Virus record (IMG/VR): IMGVR_UViG_3300029258_002856
Direction: 5' to 3' (one strand)
Length of the DNA: 64,000 bases
DNA from: a virus
Shown here in pieces: positions 17,767 to 28,398 of the stretch. Below the pieces are notes generated by a model. The model worked only from the letters and a program-made list of their open reading frames with translations. It searched no databases and had not been told where the DNA came from. The position numbers and the translations under genes are program-made. How positions within the stretch are numbered: the first letter of the stretch is position 1; every line of letters begins with the position of its first letter.

Positions 17767-19983
17767 TTATGAGCGTAAACCCGTCTTAACAAAGGTTTGT
17801 ACTCGTGTAAAGTCGTCAGTGAGTCGGGTGTAGCCGGTGGCAAGGACAGCCTTCTTTCCGTACCCCATACTTTTTCGTTTTGTCGGGTCCGAAATAGCAG
17901 AGATATGTTCGATAATTTTCTGGTGCCGAGAGTCGTTGGAAGTTCCGGTCCAGATACGGGGGTCGAGGATTGCCACGACCCCGAAATCTTTCTTGGTGCG
18001 GATGAGCCTGCCAACCCCTTGCTTCAGGTCGAACACCATTCGTGGGATGTAGACTTCCGTGAACCAGTTGTCTCCTGCGCGTTCCTTGAGAGAGGAGATT
18101 ACGGGGTCGTTGACGTGTGGGAATGGGAACTTCGGGATGATGACGAGACGTAGCTTCTCTCCCACTACGTCAACGCCTTCCCAGAAGGTCTTCAGGCCAT
18201 AGAGGACGCTGTGGTCGTTTTCGCGGTAGCGGTCGAGTGCGTGGGACGCGTCTCCGTCTTGAACAACGAGGTGCACGTCTGGTTGTGCGAAGCGGGGGTC
18301 TGTACGCCGTAAAGCTAGCACTTCCTCCAGGTCGCTGCGCGCAGTGAAGAGTACGAAAGCGTCCCCTTTGGTGACATTCGTCAGGAAGACAATCTCTTCT
18401 GTGACACTTCGAATCCACTGCTCCCGGATGTCGGGGTCGGCCTTCATCTGCGCGGGAAGTGGGATGTGGCGAGGCATGTAGAGCATTGCTTGTCTGTGCA
18501 AGTCGAAGGGGCTCTCGTATATGCGTTCTGTTACCTCACCCTCCGGCAACCCAAGTTCTCCTCGGATGAACGAGAAGTCTTTTCCTAGCGCGAGGGTCGC
18601 GGACATGATGATTTTTTTGTGAACTGCTTCGAGTTGTGGCCCAACCAAGGTTCCAATCTCAATAGGTTGCAAAACGAATTTACCGGTTTCCACTGTGAGA
18701 ACATAGTTGGAAACTAAAGCCCCCTGCGGCTGGTCCAGGAGAGATGCGTTTTCCTGGCGGCTATCGGAAACGATCTCATTCATGTCTTTGGGTTTCAGAT
18801 GTCCTGCGGCGATGGCGAACTCCGCCATGTTTTGTATAACGTTTACGATTTGCCGCAGTTCGGAAAGACAGTAGTAAACTTCTCCGGGGTCTTGAATCAC
18901 CGCATCGTACTGCTCGTTCAGGATGTATACACGATGTAGCTGTCGCGTAGTGGCGATGAACTTGTTAAGGTTGTCCTTTGCTTGGAGCAAGATGGCGTTC
19001 ATCAGCGAATGCACGTGATTCCGGTCCTTGATAATGCCGGTATCGTTGTCGCGGTACTGGGCGGCCTGATTCTCCGCGGTGTCGTAGAACTTCTTGAGCT
19101 TCTTGAGTCGCTTTACCGCTTCTCGGGAAGACATGACGTCTGCGTCGTCGATGGCAACCTGAAGAAGCTCGTTGTTCTCGATACTCTTGATAGCGCGTTC
19201 GATACCTTTACGCCCCATGGTCTTCGTGAACGCTGACCGAAAAGCGGTGGGCGCTTTGTGCGCTTCGTCGATGATGAGTGTGTCGTAGTGCCCCAGTAAC
19301 CATCCAGGGGTTCTCGAGAGGTCAATGGCGAGTAGGTAGTGGTTGACGATAAGGAGCTGTGCCTTCTCCGGGTGGAGTCGGCAATCCTCGTAGTATCGGC
19401 AATTAGAGCCTGTGCAGTTCTTGACTGAAACTTTCGGCCACCACCAGGGGCGCGTTCCATCCCAGTCAGTGATATCGGCGGGAATACGCTTTTCCCGTGC
19501 GATGGCGATAAAGGTCTCAAACGCCTTCTTGTCCTCTTCCGGGACTTCCTTGGCTAACTTCCAGCATGCGTAATTGTCTGCGCCTTTATAGAGAAGTGCC
19601 GTAGCAGGACTCAGGCCCATTTTACGCAGTAAAGTATGCGTGTCCTTGTAGTAGAGCTGGTGCTGTAGTCCCTTAGTAGACGTCGAGATTACTATTCGGT
19701 GCCCTTGGAGACGAAGGAGAGAAGGGACCAAATAGGCAAAACTTTTGCCGATTCCGGTGCCTCCTTCAGCGAGAAGTGTTTGGTTACGCTTCGTGGTGAG
19801 AATCGCCTCTATGTCTTGCGCCATTCTAATTTGAGTGGGGCGTTTCTCTTTGGCGAGGTCGTATTTGCCGTGCTCAAAGACATCCGACACGGTGGCCTGC
19901 AAAGGCTGCCCGCAGACGGTGCACGCTGTTATTTCGGGTGCTTTGTCGTAGGGCAGAATGATTTCACATTCTGGGCAGTACAC
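17767..19983 (-). CDS. dinG: DinG/YoaA-family Fe-S ATP-dependent DNA helicase with an N-terminal Zn ribbon
   Basis: Q motif RPTQ, EGGTGIGKS, Fe-S Cys cluster, DEAH, SAT, FWEGVDV, KQGVGRLIR. Confidence 0.92.
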   Translation of the reverse strand: MYCPECEIILPYDKAPEITACTVCGQPLQATVSDVFEHGKYDLAKEKRPTQIRMAQDIEAILTTKRNQTLLAEGGTGIGKSFAYLVPSLLRLQGHRIVISTSTKGLQHQLYYKDTHTLLRKMGLSPATALLYKGADNYACWKLAKEVPEEDKKAFETFIAIAREKRIPADITDWDGTRPWWWPKVSVKNCTGSNCRYYEDCRLHPEKAQLLIVNHYLLAIDLSRTPGWLLGHYDTLIIDEAHKAPTAFRSAFTKTMGRKGIERAIKSIENNELLQVAIDDADVMSSREAVKRLKKLKKFYDTAENQAAQYRDNDTGIIKDRNHVHSLMNAILLQAKDNLNKFIATTRQLHRVYILNEQYDAVIQDPGEVYYCLSELRQIVNVIQNMAEFAIAAGHLKPKDMNEIVSDSRQENASLLDQPQGALVSNYVLTVETGKFVLQPIEIGTLVGPQLEAVHKKIIMSATLALGKDFSFIRGELGLPEGEVTERIYESPFDLHRQAMLYMPRHIPLPAQMKADPDIREQWIRSVTEEIVFLTNVTKGDAFVLFTARSDLEEVLALRRTDPRFAQPDVHLVVQDGDASHALDRYRENDHSVLYGLKTFWEGVDVVGEKLRLVIIPKFPFPHVNDPVISSLKERAGDNWFTEVYIPRMVFDLKQGVGRLIRTKKDFGVVAILDPRIWTGTSNDSRHQKIIEHISAISDPTKRKSMGYGKKAVLATGYTRLTDDFTRVQTFVKTGLRS

Positions 19984-19985
19984 GG

Positions 19986-20564
19986 TTACAATCTCCTGGC
20001 GTATCTCTTGGCCTTCCGGAAGTGCGAGATGAAGGCGTCTTCAATTTCATTACCGCGGTTGCGCATGACAAACGCAGGGTGAAACGTGAGTAGCGCTACC
20101 ACGTCTTTCTTCTGTCCGTAGTCCCATCGGAAGTTGACGACTCTTCCGGCGTTCTTGGTAACGCCGATTTTGTAGGGGGGTTGATGCAAGGCGAACGCCT
20201 GTGCGTACTTCCCCAGGCACACGATGACTTTTGGCTTGATGACCTTCAGTTGGTGTAGCAGGAAGGGGCGGCAATTCTTGAGTTCCTCTAACGTGGGGTC
20301 TCGATTCTCGGGGGGACGACACTTCAGCATGTTGAGGATATGATAATCCCCGGCGCGGAGCCCACCGACGTAGGCGTCAGCACGCAATAATTGCCCGGAG
20401 GCACCACAGAAGGGACTCCCTTTCTCATCTTCTAGCCGTCCAGGGGCTTCTCCGAGGAAAACGATAGGGCATGGGATAGGTCCTTCCCCCGGGACTACTT
20501 GGGTCCGGGTGGCTGCTAACTCCAGACACGCATCACAGTTACGTAGCTTTTCGATAAACCGCAT
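19986..20564 (-). CDS. Uracil-DNA glycosylase, family 4
   Basis: CDAC, GEAPG, PFCGASGQLL, KCRPPENRDP, HPAF. Confidence 0.93.
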   Translation of the reverse strand: MRFIEKLRNCDACLELAATRTQVVPGEGPIPCPIVFLGEAPGRLEDEKGSPFCGASGQLLRADAYVGGLRAGDYHILNMLKCRPPENRDPTLEELKNCRPFLLHQLKVIKPKVIVCLGKYAQAFALHQPPYKIGVTKNAGRVVNFRWDYGQKKDVVALLTFHPAFVMRNRGNEIEDAFISHFRKAKRYARRL

Positions 20565-20646
20565 AGATACCCCTCGGGTCGGTTGTGGACTTTCTTATAC
20601 CAGCCTTTTTGTGTATAGTGTCCCGTAAACGCGCAAGGAGGACCTA

Positions 20647-21300
20647 ATGGCTGGAACAAGTGAGGATGGGCGTCCCCGGATTGGGGATGATTCGGACTTC
20701 TCTGGACCCCCCAATAATGAGCCGCGAACTCCGAAAGCTCCGGAGATGGAGGAGGGACAGGCGGAGAAAATTGAGGAATCGCTGGCGGAGATAGATGATG
20801 CCCTTGACGACATCGAAAACCCGAAACCCAAGAGTCCCCAAGAACTGGCGAAGCGGTATCGAGAGAATCTCGAAACTCTCGGGGTATCCAAGGATGAAGC
20901 GCTCCGAATTCAGGAGAGTGTCACCGTAGACGGGTACCACGAAGAGACCGTCTATATGGGCCGTATTCCGGTACGACTGCGTACGCGGCTCTACCTAGAT
21001 ACGCGTCGGGTTTACCAGGAGCTGGAGAACAAGCGGTTAGACCTTCCAGCATCTATCCAGGATTTCATTAGTCGCTACAACATGGTCGGGTCTCTGGTGT
21101 CTGTCGGGAAACGCAAATATCCCCATGTAGATGACCCGATGGAAGCCAGCGATGAAGAGATTGACAATGCGTTCGAGCAGCGCTTGAAGATGGTCGATAA
21201 GCTGAACGACACGGTTGTGGCTCGACTTATGGCGTTGGTTTTTGAGTTTGACGAGAAGATTCGCGCTGTCTTCGCGGAGGGTGCCCCGCAGGATTTTTAA
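20647..21300 (+). CDS. Putative tail assembly chaperone (G-like)
   Basis: Lies upstream of the tape measure gene; AAGGAGG SD; ends at the slippery GGATTTT. Confidence 0.5.
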   Translation: MAGTSEDGRPRIGDDSDFSGPPNNEPRTPKAPEMEEGQAEKIEESLAEIDDALDDIENPKPKSPQELAKRYRENLETLGVSKDEALRIQESVTVDGYHEETVYMGRIPVRLRTRLYLDTRRVYQELENKRLDLPASIQDFISRYNMVGSLVSVGKRKYPHVDDPMEASDEEIDNAFEQRLKMVDKLNDTVVARLMALVFEFDEKIRAVFAEGAPQDF

Positions 21301-21308
21301 ATTCGGCA

Positions 21309-21692
21309 ATGGGGCACACGCGGGCGTATGCCTACGTGCATAATGCTCCCTTGCCTAAAGGCGGCTCGTTTCAGGAACAACTTCTGGCGGAGTCTATTCT
21401 CCGAGAGCGGAACGAGAAGTTCACGCTCGTGTCGCTCTTTGTCCGGATGCTGGGAGTCATCGCCGGACTCAAGAGTAAGGATATAGATGACCTCTTAGAA
21501 TCTTACAAAGAAGAGCTTTACCAGTTCAGGTATAATTTCGAGTACACCACTCGACGCGAACGTCGTAGTGCTGAGGAAGCCGCAGAGGCAATCAATATTG
21601 CACGCATGTTCAAGCGGTTAGAGGCTATGACGGTTGAAGACAAGGATATCCCTACTGGTGAAGATGATGAGGACGACGAGGACGAAGGCTGA
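21309..21692 (+). CDS. Putative tail assembly chaperone T-like segment (reachable by -1 frameshift)
   Basis: No SD; the -1 frame is open from 21294 through ATG 21309. Confidence 0.5.
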   Translation: MGHTRAYAYVHNAPLPKGGSFQEQLLAESILRERNEKFTLVSLFVRMLGVIAGLKSKDIDDLLESYKEELYQFRYNFEYTTRRERRSAEEAAEAINIARMFKRLEAMTVEDKDIPTGEDDEDDEDEG

Positions 21693-24600
21693 TGGCTAAT
21701 GGTTACAACCCTATGCAGGCGAACCTCGGGTTGATGCCAGGACAGCAGCCGCAGGTTTCTACCCCTTCGGACATCGCGGCTCGACTCTCCCAGCAAGCGA
21801 GTCAGCAACTTGCGGAAGCACAACATACGACCCCGGTAGCGTTGGGAGGTGGCTCTGCGTTTTCGTTTGGGCAACAGTTCCAACAACAGTTGCACCAGAT
21901 TCAGCAGCAGCAGTCCATGGGCGTCTATCAGGCAGCGATGATGGCCGGGACGATGCCGGGGGCGCAACAGTACGCAGGAGGAATGCTCCCTTCCCCGCTG
22001 ACGATGACACCACCTTCGACTGGAGTGTTCCGTCCTCCTGCACCTCCCCCTTCGATAGCGCCTATTGCTCCGATGCCTATCATGCCGATGGCGCAGACGC
22101 CCTTCACTCCGCGGCTTCCACAGCCAATGTTCCGTACGGCGTGGGAACAAGAGGCGATGCAGCGGGAGCAGCGGGCTGACCAGTTATTCTCATTCCAGGC
22201 TCAGATGCCTCAGGCGCTGGGCCAAGGTGCAGGTATCGGTCTCGGTGCATTGGCAGGAGGAATGTTGGGTGGTCGGTTTGGGCCTGCGGGACGGGCTATC
22301 GGGGCCGTTGCGGGTGCGGGTCTTGCGCAGATGACGGGAGCTGCCCCGGCCATGGGTGAGATGGCCATGATGCCCATGCGTCCGCAGATAGAGCAGCGCC
22401 AAATGGGAGCTGCGTTGCAGTCCTCGTCGCGTGATTGGGTAGTTTCTGGCCCACAACTCCATCCGTTAGGGCGTGGGTTAGCCCCAGAGGCCGCGCAGCA
22501 ATTGGCGGGCGGAATCCAGCGGATGGCGGGAGACGAAGGATTCCAGCGTGAGACCGGCAATATGTTCAACCGCCAGGACCTGATGCGCATCACGCAGATG
22601 TCGGGTCAGGCGGGTTTGATGGACATGGAGCAGGGTATCTCCGGAATTCAGAGTAACCTGCGCCGAGTCAGTCGTGTGGTTAGCCGCTTCATGCAGCTGA
22701 CCCAAGAACCCGACGTGGTGAATGTTGTTCGCCAGATGGGACAACTCCGACAGCTGGGATTCGACGTCAATGATATGGAGAACGCCGCGATGAACATGCG
22801 GATGTTCTCTCGGGCTGCGGGGACCTCTGTGCAAGGGCTTCAGCAGCAGTACGGAATGCCGGGGGCGATGACCTTCCAGCAAGCGGGACTCGCCCCTGCG
22901 GTTGGAATGAATTACGGCATGTTTGCCGGGGCTGCGGCACGACAAGGTGTTGCCGGGGGCACCTTCTCTCCGATGCAGCAGGCGCTTTTTGGCGGCGTAC
23001 AGGGGATTGCACAGCGCAATATGCAAGCTCAAGCTGCGATGCTCTCGATGCCGCTTTTCGGAGCGGGCGCGGGCCAGTACGGGCCTGGAGGCTGGGGCGT
23101 CAACTACGGTGCGCTCAACCAGATGATGGGTGGTCAGGGTGGTGCACAGGGAATGATTATGAACGCGGTGCAGAACATGGGAGCTGCGGTTCAGCAGGGT
23201 GGGGTAGGTGCTCTGGCAATGTTCCCGCTGCAACAGCGCATGATTCAGTCGCAAGCCGCGGCTGCGATGTCTCCTTTCCAGATGAACGCGATGCGCTTTC
23301 GTTCTGCGCAGGCTACCGGAGAGCGGTTGGGGTTACAGGGGGCTGGGGCATTCGCAGTTGGGGCACAAGCTATGTTCGGTCAGGAAATTGCCGAGCAGAT
23401 GATGGTTGAGGCTAGCGACCCCGTGTACTGGCGGAACCAACGCCAGATGATTGAGCGGCGCCAGGAAGAGCTTGCACGTGACCAACGCCAGCAAATTCGA
23501 GATGCGGCTCCAGGCGTTTTCGGGCAGTTGGCAGCAGCGGCCCTTCCTTCCGATGTCACAATGAAACAGTGGCAGGACCGGATGACGGGCTCTTTCACAC
23601 GCGTAACTGCGCCTGTCGGACGTGCTTGGGACGCGTTTACCGAATGGCGTGACCGTGAATCTGCGCGAGAAGAAGGTCGGATGTATCGCCGGACCCCAGA
23701 AGAATTCGTGGCAGGGACGCGACGAGAGCAACGTGCTCAGCGCACATGGGAGGAACGGGCTACGCTACGACAGTTCCAACGTGGAGGTGGGGGCGGTGGA
23801 CTGGGGGCGGAACATTACGACTACGGGCAATTCGGACGCGATGTGTACGGAGAACTGATGCGCGGGGGAGGCGTGGAGGGCGGAGCGGCTCGCGCAATGG
23901 ATGCCTTTGCCCCATTGGCAGGAGGAGTTCTTGACTGGGCTACCCCTGTGGGGATCGTTGGAGCTATTGGGGGTTTTGATTCTGAAGACCTTATCTGGAA
24001 TCGTGTAGGTGCGGGTCTGACGATGGCGGAGGATATCGGTACCGCGCTTGGGATTGAGGGCGCAGAAGGGATGACGGCGCGCTACCAAGGTCTCGCAGCA
24101 AAAGCGCGTAAACGAGAAGAGCCTACGCGGCAGATGTTCCGGAAAGCTCGGGGTATTTCTACGACAGGTAAGGCTGCCGGGAATATTTACGAGCAAGTTG
24201 AGAAAGCGTTTGGACTTTCTGCGGGAGAAGCGTTCCACGTTGTGGGAGGGAGCGGGGCTCGGATTGCTGCCCGAGCAAAAGAAGGGGCCTCGATTGTTGA
24301 TGCGTGGCAGACCCATATCACTGCGGGAGGGATGCGTAACGAGATAGTCAAGGAAATCGCGGCACGAACTGGTCGGAGCGAAGAAGAAGTTGTGGAAGAG
24401 TTTGAGACGCTTCCCACTGAAGTTAAGGACCAGATGATAGCGATGGCTTTGGGGACTGCTTCCCAGACGGGAGATGCCGCAGCGAAAGAGGCGTTAGCTC
24501 GGACGGAGGAGACTGTTCTCGGCTCCGAGATGGCGCGGGTCAATGCACTTACGGCGGGTGAGATGGAACGGGCGCAGGAACGTATGCGCAAGTTCGAAGG

Positions 24601-25420
24601 TCTCATGGGCATTCCAGAAGGGGGAGAATCCGAGGCGTTTCGTGAATTTTCCAAACGTGCTACCGGCAGTGACATGTTGATGTCGGCATTGGCGTTCGGC
24701 GGCGAAATGACGACGGAACAGCGACGAGATTTGGAGAAACGGTCGCGTCAAGAGTTCTACCGTGAAAAGGGACTAAAAGATTCCCCCGAGGCGCGAGCTC
24801 AGTACCGGCGAGCGCTTCAAAAAGTGCAGCGGGGATACGTGGGAGGCGAACAAGTTTCGGAAGACATCCGTGAGCGTTTTGGGGCCATGATGCAGCAAGA
24901 GGGAATGCAGGCTTATGGCGGCAGAGCGGCGGCCGCGGGCCTTCTGGCGTATCAGGATGTACAGCGTGGTGCGATTGCGATGACGCAGATGCGTGCCGGG
25001 ATGGAGCAGATACAGGGGATTACGGGAGGGGGCGTAGAGGTCGGACGTATTGGGAGTCTTACGGAACTGGGGGAAGCGGATTTACAGAAGCTCACCGCAG
25101 CGGGACATGGAGCCCTCGTCAAGCGCATCCAGGCTGCACGAGGCGGAGGAGAGCAGGAACGGCTTGGCTTGATGCGGGCTCTCAGTCGTATGGGTGAAGG
25201 TGCGGTTGCTGCCGAAGAGGAGAAGACTATCCGCGAGGCTACCGGCGCTGAGGCGGACAAGTTACGCGAATCCAAGAAGGCGGTCGGGGCCGCAGAGAGT
25301 GAGTTCGCAGAAGTGTTCAAGCATTTCAATGTAGAGACGGCGCAAACTTTCAAAGAGGGTGCTATGCTACTCAAGGAAGCCGGGATGGAAGCATGGCTCC
25401 GTAACAAACAGCAGGCATAG
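21692..25420 (+). CDS. Tape measure protein
   Basis: 1242 aa, Ala/Gly/Gln/Met-rich and helical, with glycine zippers; position between chaperones and baseplate/tail genes. Confidence 0.7.
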   Translation: MANGYNPMQANLGLMPGQQPQVSTPSDIAARLSQQASQQLAEAQHTTPVALGGGSAFSFGQQFQQQLHQIQQQQSMGVYQAAMMAGTMPGAQQYAGGMLPSPLTMTPPSTGVFRPPAPPPSIAPIAPMPIMPMAQTPFTPRLPQPMFRTAWEQEAMQREQRADQLFSFQAQMPQALGQGAGIGLGALAGGMLGGRFGPAGRAIGAVAGAGLAQMTGAAPAMGEMAMMPMRPQIEQRQMGAALQSSSRDWVVSGPQLHPLGRGLAPEAAQQLAGGIQRMAGDEGFQRETGNMFNRQDLMRITQMSGQAGLMDMEQGISGIQSNLRRVSRVVSRFMQLTQEPDVVNVVRQMGQLRQLGFDVNDMENAAMNMRMFSRAAGTSVQGLQQQYGMPGAMTFQQAGLAPAVGMNYGMFAGAAARQGVAGGTFSPMQQALFGGVQGIAQRNMQAQAAMLSMPLFGAGAGQYGPGGWGVNYGALNQMMGGQGGAQGMIMNAVQNMGAAVQQGGVGALAMFPLQQRMIQSQAAAAMSPFQMNAMRFRSAQATGERLGLQGAGAFAVGAQAMFGQEIAEQMMVEASDPVYWRNQRQMIERRQEELARDQRQQIRDAAPGVFGQLAAAALPSDVTMKQWQDRMTGSFTRVTAPVGRAWDAFTEWRDRESAREEGRMYRRTPEEFVAGTRREQRAQRTWEERATLRQFQRGGGGGGLGAEHYDYGQFGRDVYGELMRGGGVEGGAARAMDAFAPLAGGVLDWATPVGIVGAIGGFDSEDLIWNRVGAGLTMAEDIGTALGIEGAEGMTARYQGLAAKARKREEPTRQMFRKARGISTTGKAAGNIYEQVEKAFGLSAGEAFHVVGGSGARIAARAKEGASIVDAWQTHITAGGMRNEIVKEIAARTGRSEEEVVEEFETLPTEVKDQMIAMALGTASQTGDAAAKEALARTEETVLGSEMARVNALTAGEMERAQERMRKFEGLMGIPEGGESEAFREFSKRATGSDMLMSALAFGGEMTTEQRRDLEKRSRQEFYREKGLKDSPEARAQYRRALQKVQRGYVGGEQVSEDIRERFGAMMQQEGMQAYGGRAAAAGLLAYQDVQRGAIAMTQMRAGMEQIQGITGGGVEVGRIGSLTELGEADLQKLTAAGHGALVKRIQAARGGGEQERLGLMRALSRMGEGAVAAEEEKTIREATGAEADKLRESKKAVGAAESEFAEVFKHFNVETAQTFKEGAMLLKEAGMEAWLRNKQQA

Positions 25421-25422
25421 AC

Positions 25423-25656
25423 ATGGCCATCGAACCGCTCAAGACTTTACCGCGTAAAGCCGACCTTCCTCCACGAGGAGAAGCGTGGGTCAAGTACATC
25501 AATAACTCGCTGCTCCGAAACACGTCATTAGGTGGAGAGGAGACGTCGGTCATCCTTCCTCCGCTGGTGGAGCGGGCATACCTGTTGGTCAATGAGACCT
25601 CACCGATTACGGTTGAGGAGTACCCGGTGACCACTCCGTTCAGGGTTGAGCAGTAA
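25423..25656 (+). CDS. Hypothetical protein
   Basis: 77 aa, coupled on both sides. Confidence 0.5.
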   Translation: MAIEPLKTLPRKADLPPRGEAWVKYINNSLLRNTSLGGEETSVILPPLVERAYLLVNETSPITVEEYPVTTPFRVEQ

Positions 25657-26738
25657 TGCCGAAAAAAACGACAACCATCGTCCCGCTCTCTCGAGAAATC
25701 ACAGATGTTCTCGACCAGATAAATAGCGGAGCAACGGACGAGGCGTATCTTCAGCGCCTTCTTTCCGGCAACCAGTTTGCAGGCGCGGAGCCCTTCCTCG
25801 AGCAGCAATATCGACAGGGGGCTAACAAGGTTCAAGGGCGTGACCCCAATGCACAGGGAGTGTATGCGGCATGGCCTGCGTCTACCCCCAAGTACATGCG
25901 GCATCGCCAGGGTCGGCCCCATGAGTTCTTCGATTCGCTCGCTCGGATGTATGTGCGCATCCGCGGAAAGAACCCGGGACAGATACAGGCAAAGTACAAA
26001 CAAATATTGAATTCCTTCGCTGACGCAGAAACCCAAGACGTTGCACGGCAGCTCATCGGAAACGGGCGAGAAGTTGGAGGGATGGGGTACATCGACTTCT
26101 TGCTGCAACGGGTGGACCATCCCATCAACGAGAAGTTTCAGGTTGTTGAAACCCTTTCGGACAATTACGTAGCGTTTTTCTTCGGGCAGCAGGCACCGGT
26201 CTTCAGTTTTAGTGGCACGCTCATGAACACCTACCAGGATGATTGGGCGATGCGGATGTTCCGACTTTTCCGGGATATCGCACGGGGCACGCAGCTTGCT
26301 CGACGGGGGCTTCTCTTCTACATCCGCTATGACTCCATGATTGTGTCCGGGGCGATGTTGAATTTCAACTTCTCGCTCAACGCTGAGATGGAAATGGCGA
26401 TTCCATTTTCGTTTCAACTGCTTGTTAAAAAAGTGCACCTTGTTTATGGGGGACTTTCCCAGCCAACGGACCTTTCGACCACTAATGCCGGGACGTTTCT
26501 TCCTCCCGATTATCAATTGGTGGAGACCACCTACCAGAATATTCGTCCCAAGATGACGAAGCCGAGTGGAGAGCAGCAGACCGGAGGGACTGTCCCTACT
26601 CCGCAAGGTACGGCGTCTGCCCCGACATACGGTCCAGTGACCGAACAGACAGCTGAAGCAGGAGAGGATACGTACTCATACACGGACGCGTTGGAAGATT
26701 GGGAGATAGAACTGAACAAAGAGTTTGAGGCCACCTGA
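25656..26738 (+). CDS. Putative tail-tube-like/baseplate initiator protein
   Basis: Follows the TMP gene; beta-rich central domain; inferred from position. Confidence 0.4.
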   Translation: MPKKTTTIVPLSREITDVLDQINSGATDEAYLQRLLSGNQFAGAEPFLEQQYRQGANKVQGRDPNAQGVYAAWPASTPKYMRHRQGRPHEFFDSLARMYVRIRGKNPGQIQAKYKQILNSFADAETQDVARQLIGNGREVGGMGYIDFLLQRVDHPINEKFQVVETLSDNYVAFFFGQQAPVFSFSGTLMNTYQDDWAMRMFRLFRDIARGTQLARRGLLFYIRYDSMIVSGAMLNFNFSLNAEMEMAIPFSFQLLVKKVHLVYGGLSQPTDLSTTNAGTFLPPDYQLVETTYQNIRPKMTKPSGEQQTGGTVPTPQGTASAPTYGPVTEQTAEAGEDTYSYTDALEDWEIELNKEFEAT

Positions 26739-26781
26739 TTGTTCCTATTATTAGAGAGACGTACAGGAGGCGAACAAGCAG

Positions 26782-28299
26782 ATGGCCAACGCTGCCGAAT
26801 TCAGGATTAATCAGCTCACCACGGGCACCTATGGGTTAGCCCGCCGAGATATCGCGCCGACGAGTATCGCAGGGGTCCCGGTTTCTCTTGAGGCAGAGAA
26901 CGGGGGGCTCACGTATCTTTGGGAAGTGATTCAACCTCCGGGGTCCGCGGTCCCGGTAGTAAATCCTACTTCACAAGTTGCGACGATAGCGGCAGAGGTG
27001 CGTGGGGGTTACATCGCCAAGCTGACAGTAAATGCCGGAATGCCCACAGAAGATGTGCGACTCCTTTTCTTCGGCATTGCGTTCTCCGTCAGCGGGCTCT
27101 GTGCCCCCGCGATGAACGAGACCATCGAGGACAACAGTCAGGGCACCCCTGAACTTGGGTGGGGCGAAAAGCTGCTGGCTTGGATGTCATGGGTGGAAGC
27201 CAACATCGGTGGCGGGGGTCCGGGCGGTGTCAACTGGAAGGTCTCCTTCCGAGCTGCGAACTACAACGTTACCGTCGCGGACAAGTACACGCTGTTCGTA
27301 ACGGGGACGGGTGCACCAGGACAGGTTCAATTCAGCCTCCCGACGCTGGCGAGTCTGCCTACTCCTGGCGATTCCTTCATGTTTGCGCACGGCGTTCTCC
27401 CGGGAGACAAGTATGCCCTGGTGTCAACGGTGGACGGCGTAATCCATATCGCGGGACGCCTTACGGCGTATAGCGCACCTACATGCATGACGACGGAACC
27501 CGGTTCGGTCTGCCGAGTGATGTACCTCGGACTCGAGGGAGGTGTGCCCCAATGGATGCTCATGCCCATGAGCGGGGAGTGGCACGAGGAACTTCAATAC
27601 GGGAACATTTACGACCCGGGCTATATCATCAATTCCAACGTCAACGACCCGCAGTATTTTGCTCGGGGCGGGGATAGTCCATTCATTCGAGGAGAGGGCG
27701 GCCCTACCGCGGTCCAGCTAGGGCACCTAAATGCTGTCGCCGCAGAAAAGTTCACATTTGCATTCGGAGATTTCTGCGTCGCAGACCAAGAATTTTCGAC
27801 TGCCACAGGTCGAGGGGCCAGAACTTTTTGGGACTTCTCGAAGGTACACGCTTCTGGTTACCGGGATGCGGGAGGTCCTCCGCTTACTGGTAGTCTCCAG
27901 ATTACGGACATTCACCTCTATGGAGATGCCCGGGATACGGATGGGGCACCCATCTATCTCACGAACTACGGGCGGCAAACAAGTTCGGCTCTCGTGTCTC
28001 TCGTGCTCGGGACCGAACGAGCATATATAGGTAGAGGATATCTAGTTGGCAAAGAAAAAGACGCGTTGACTCCGGCGGTAGCGGGGTACGCTCTCGACTT
28101 TGTAATCGATGACTATCGCCTCATCTCAAAGAACATCACTATAGTTGGGCGCGACCCGAACAGCCATATTGACAATTGGGATGTCGACATCAACATCGTC
28201 TCTGTGGACCGCTTGGGTATTTCGGTGGGGGTGCAGGATGGTATCGTCTGGTGGTCTTGTCGTCTCCTGCTGGCGGAACTCTACACGCTGGACCGTTAA
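26782..28299 (+). CDS. Virion structural / tail-fibre-associated protein
   Basis: 505 aa; AGGAGG SD; C-terminal WDVD...W domain shared with the next ORF. Confidence 0.55.
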   Translation: MANAAEFRINQLTTGTYGLARRDIAPTSIAGVPVSLEAENGGLTYLWEVIQPPGSAVPVVNPTSQVATIAAEVRGGYIAKLTVNAGMPTEDVRLLFFGIAFSVSGLCAPAMNETIEDNSQGTPELGWGEKLLAWMSWVEANIGGGGPGGVNWKVSFRAANYNVTVADKYTLFVTGTGAPGQVQFSLPTLASLPTPGDSFMFAHGVLPGDKYALVSTVDGVIHIAGRLTAYSAPTCMTTEPGSVCRVMYLGLEGGVPQWMLMPMSGEWHEELQYGNIYDPGYIINSNVNDPQYFARGGDSPFIRGEGGPTAVQLGHLNAVAAEKFTFAFGDFCVADQEFSTATGRGARTFWDFSKVHASGYRDAGGPPLTGSLQITDIHLYGDARDTDGAPIYLTNYGRQTSSALVSLVLGTERAYIGRGYLVGKEKDALTPAVAGYALDFVIDDYRLISKNITIVGRDPNSHIDNWDVDINIVSVDRLGISVGVQDGIVWWSCRLLLAELYTLDR

Positions 28300-28398
28300 A
28301 TTTACGGCGTAACTCCGTGCCTTGTGGCTGTAAAACAGCCCTCCTATACTTCATTCGGAACCTGAAGGTACGTACCTTGCCTACAAGGAGTTTGGGAA

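Noticed and set aside
17767-19983. Type IV CRISPR-associated CasDinG
   Set aside because: The neighbours are UDG and small Zn-finger genes, and no csf/cas genes or array are present.
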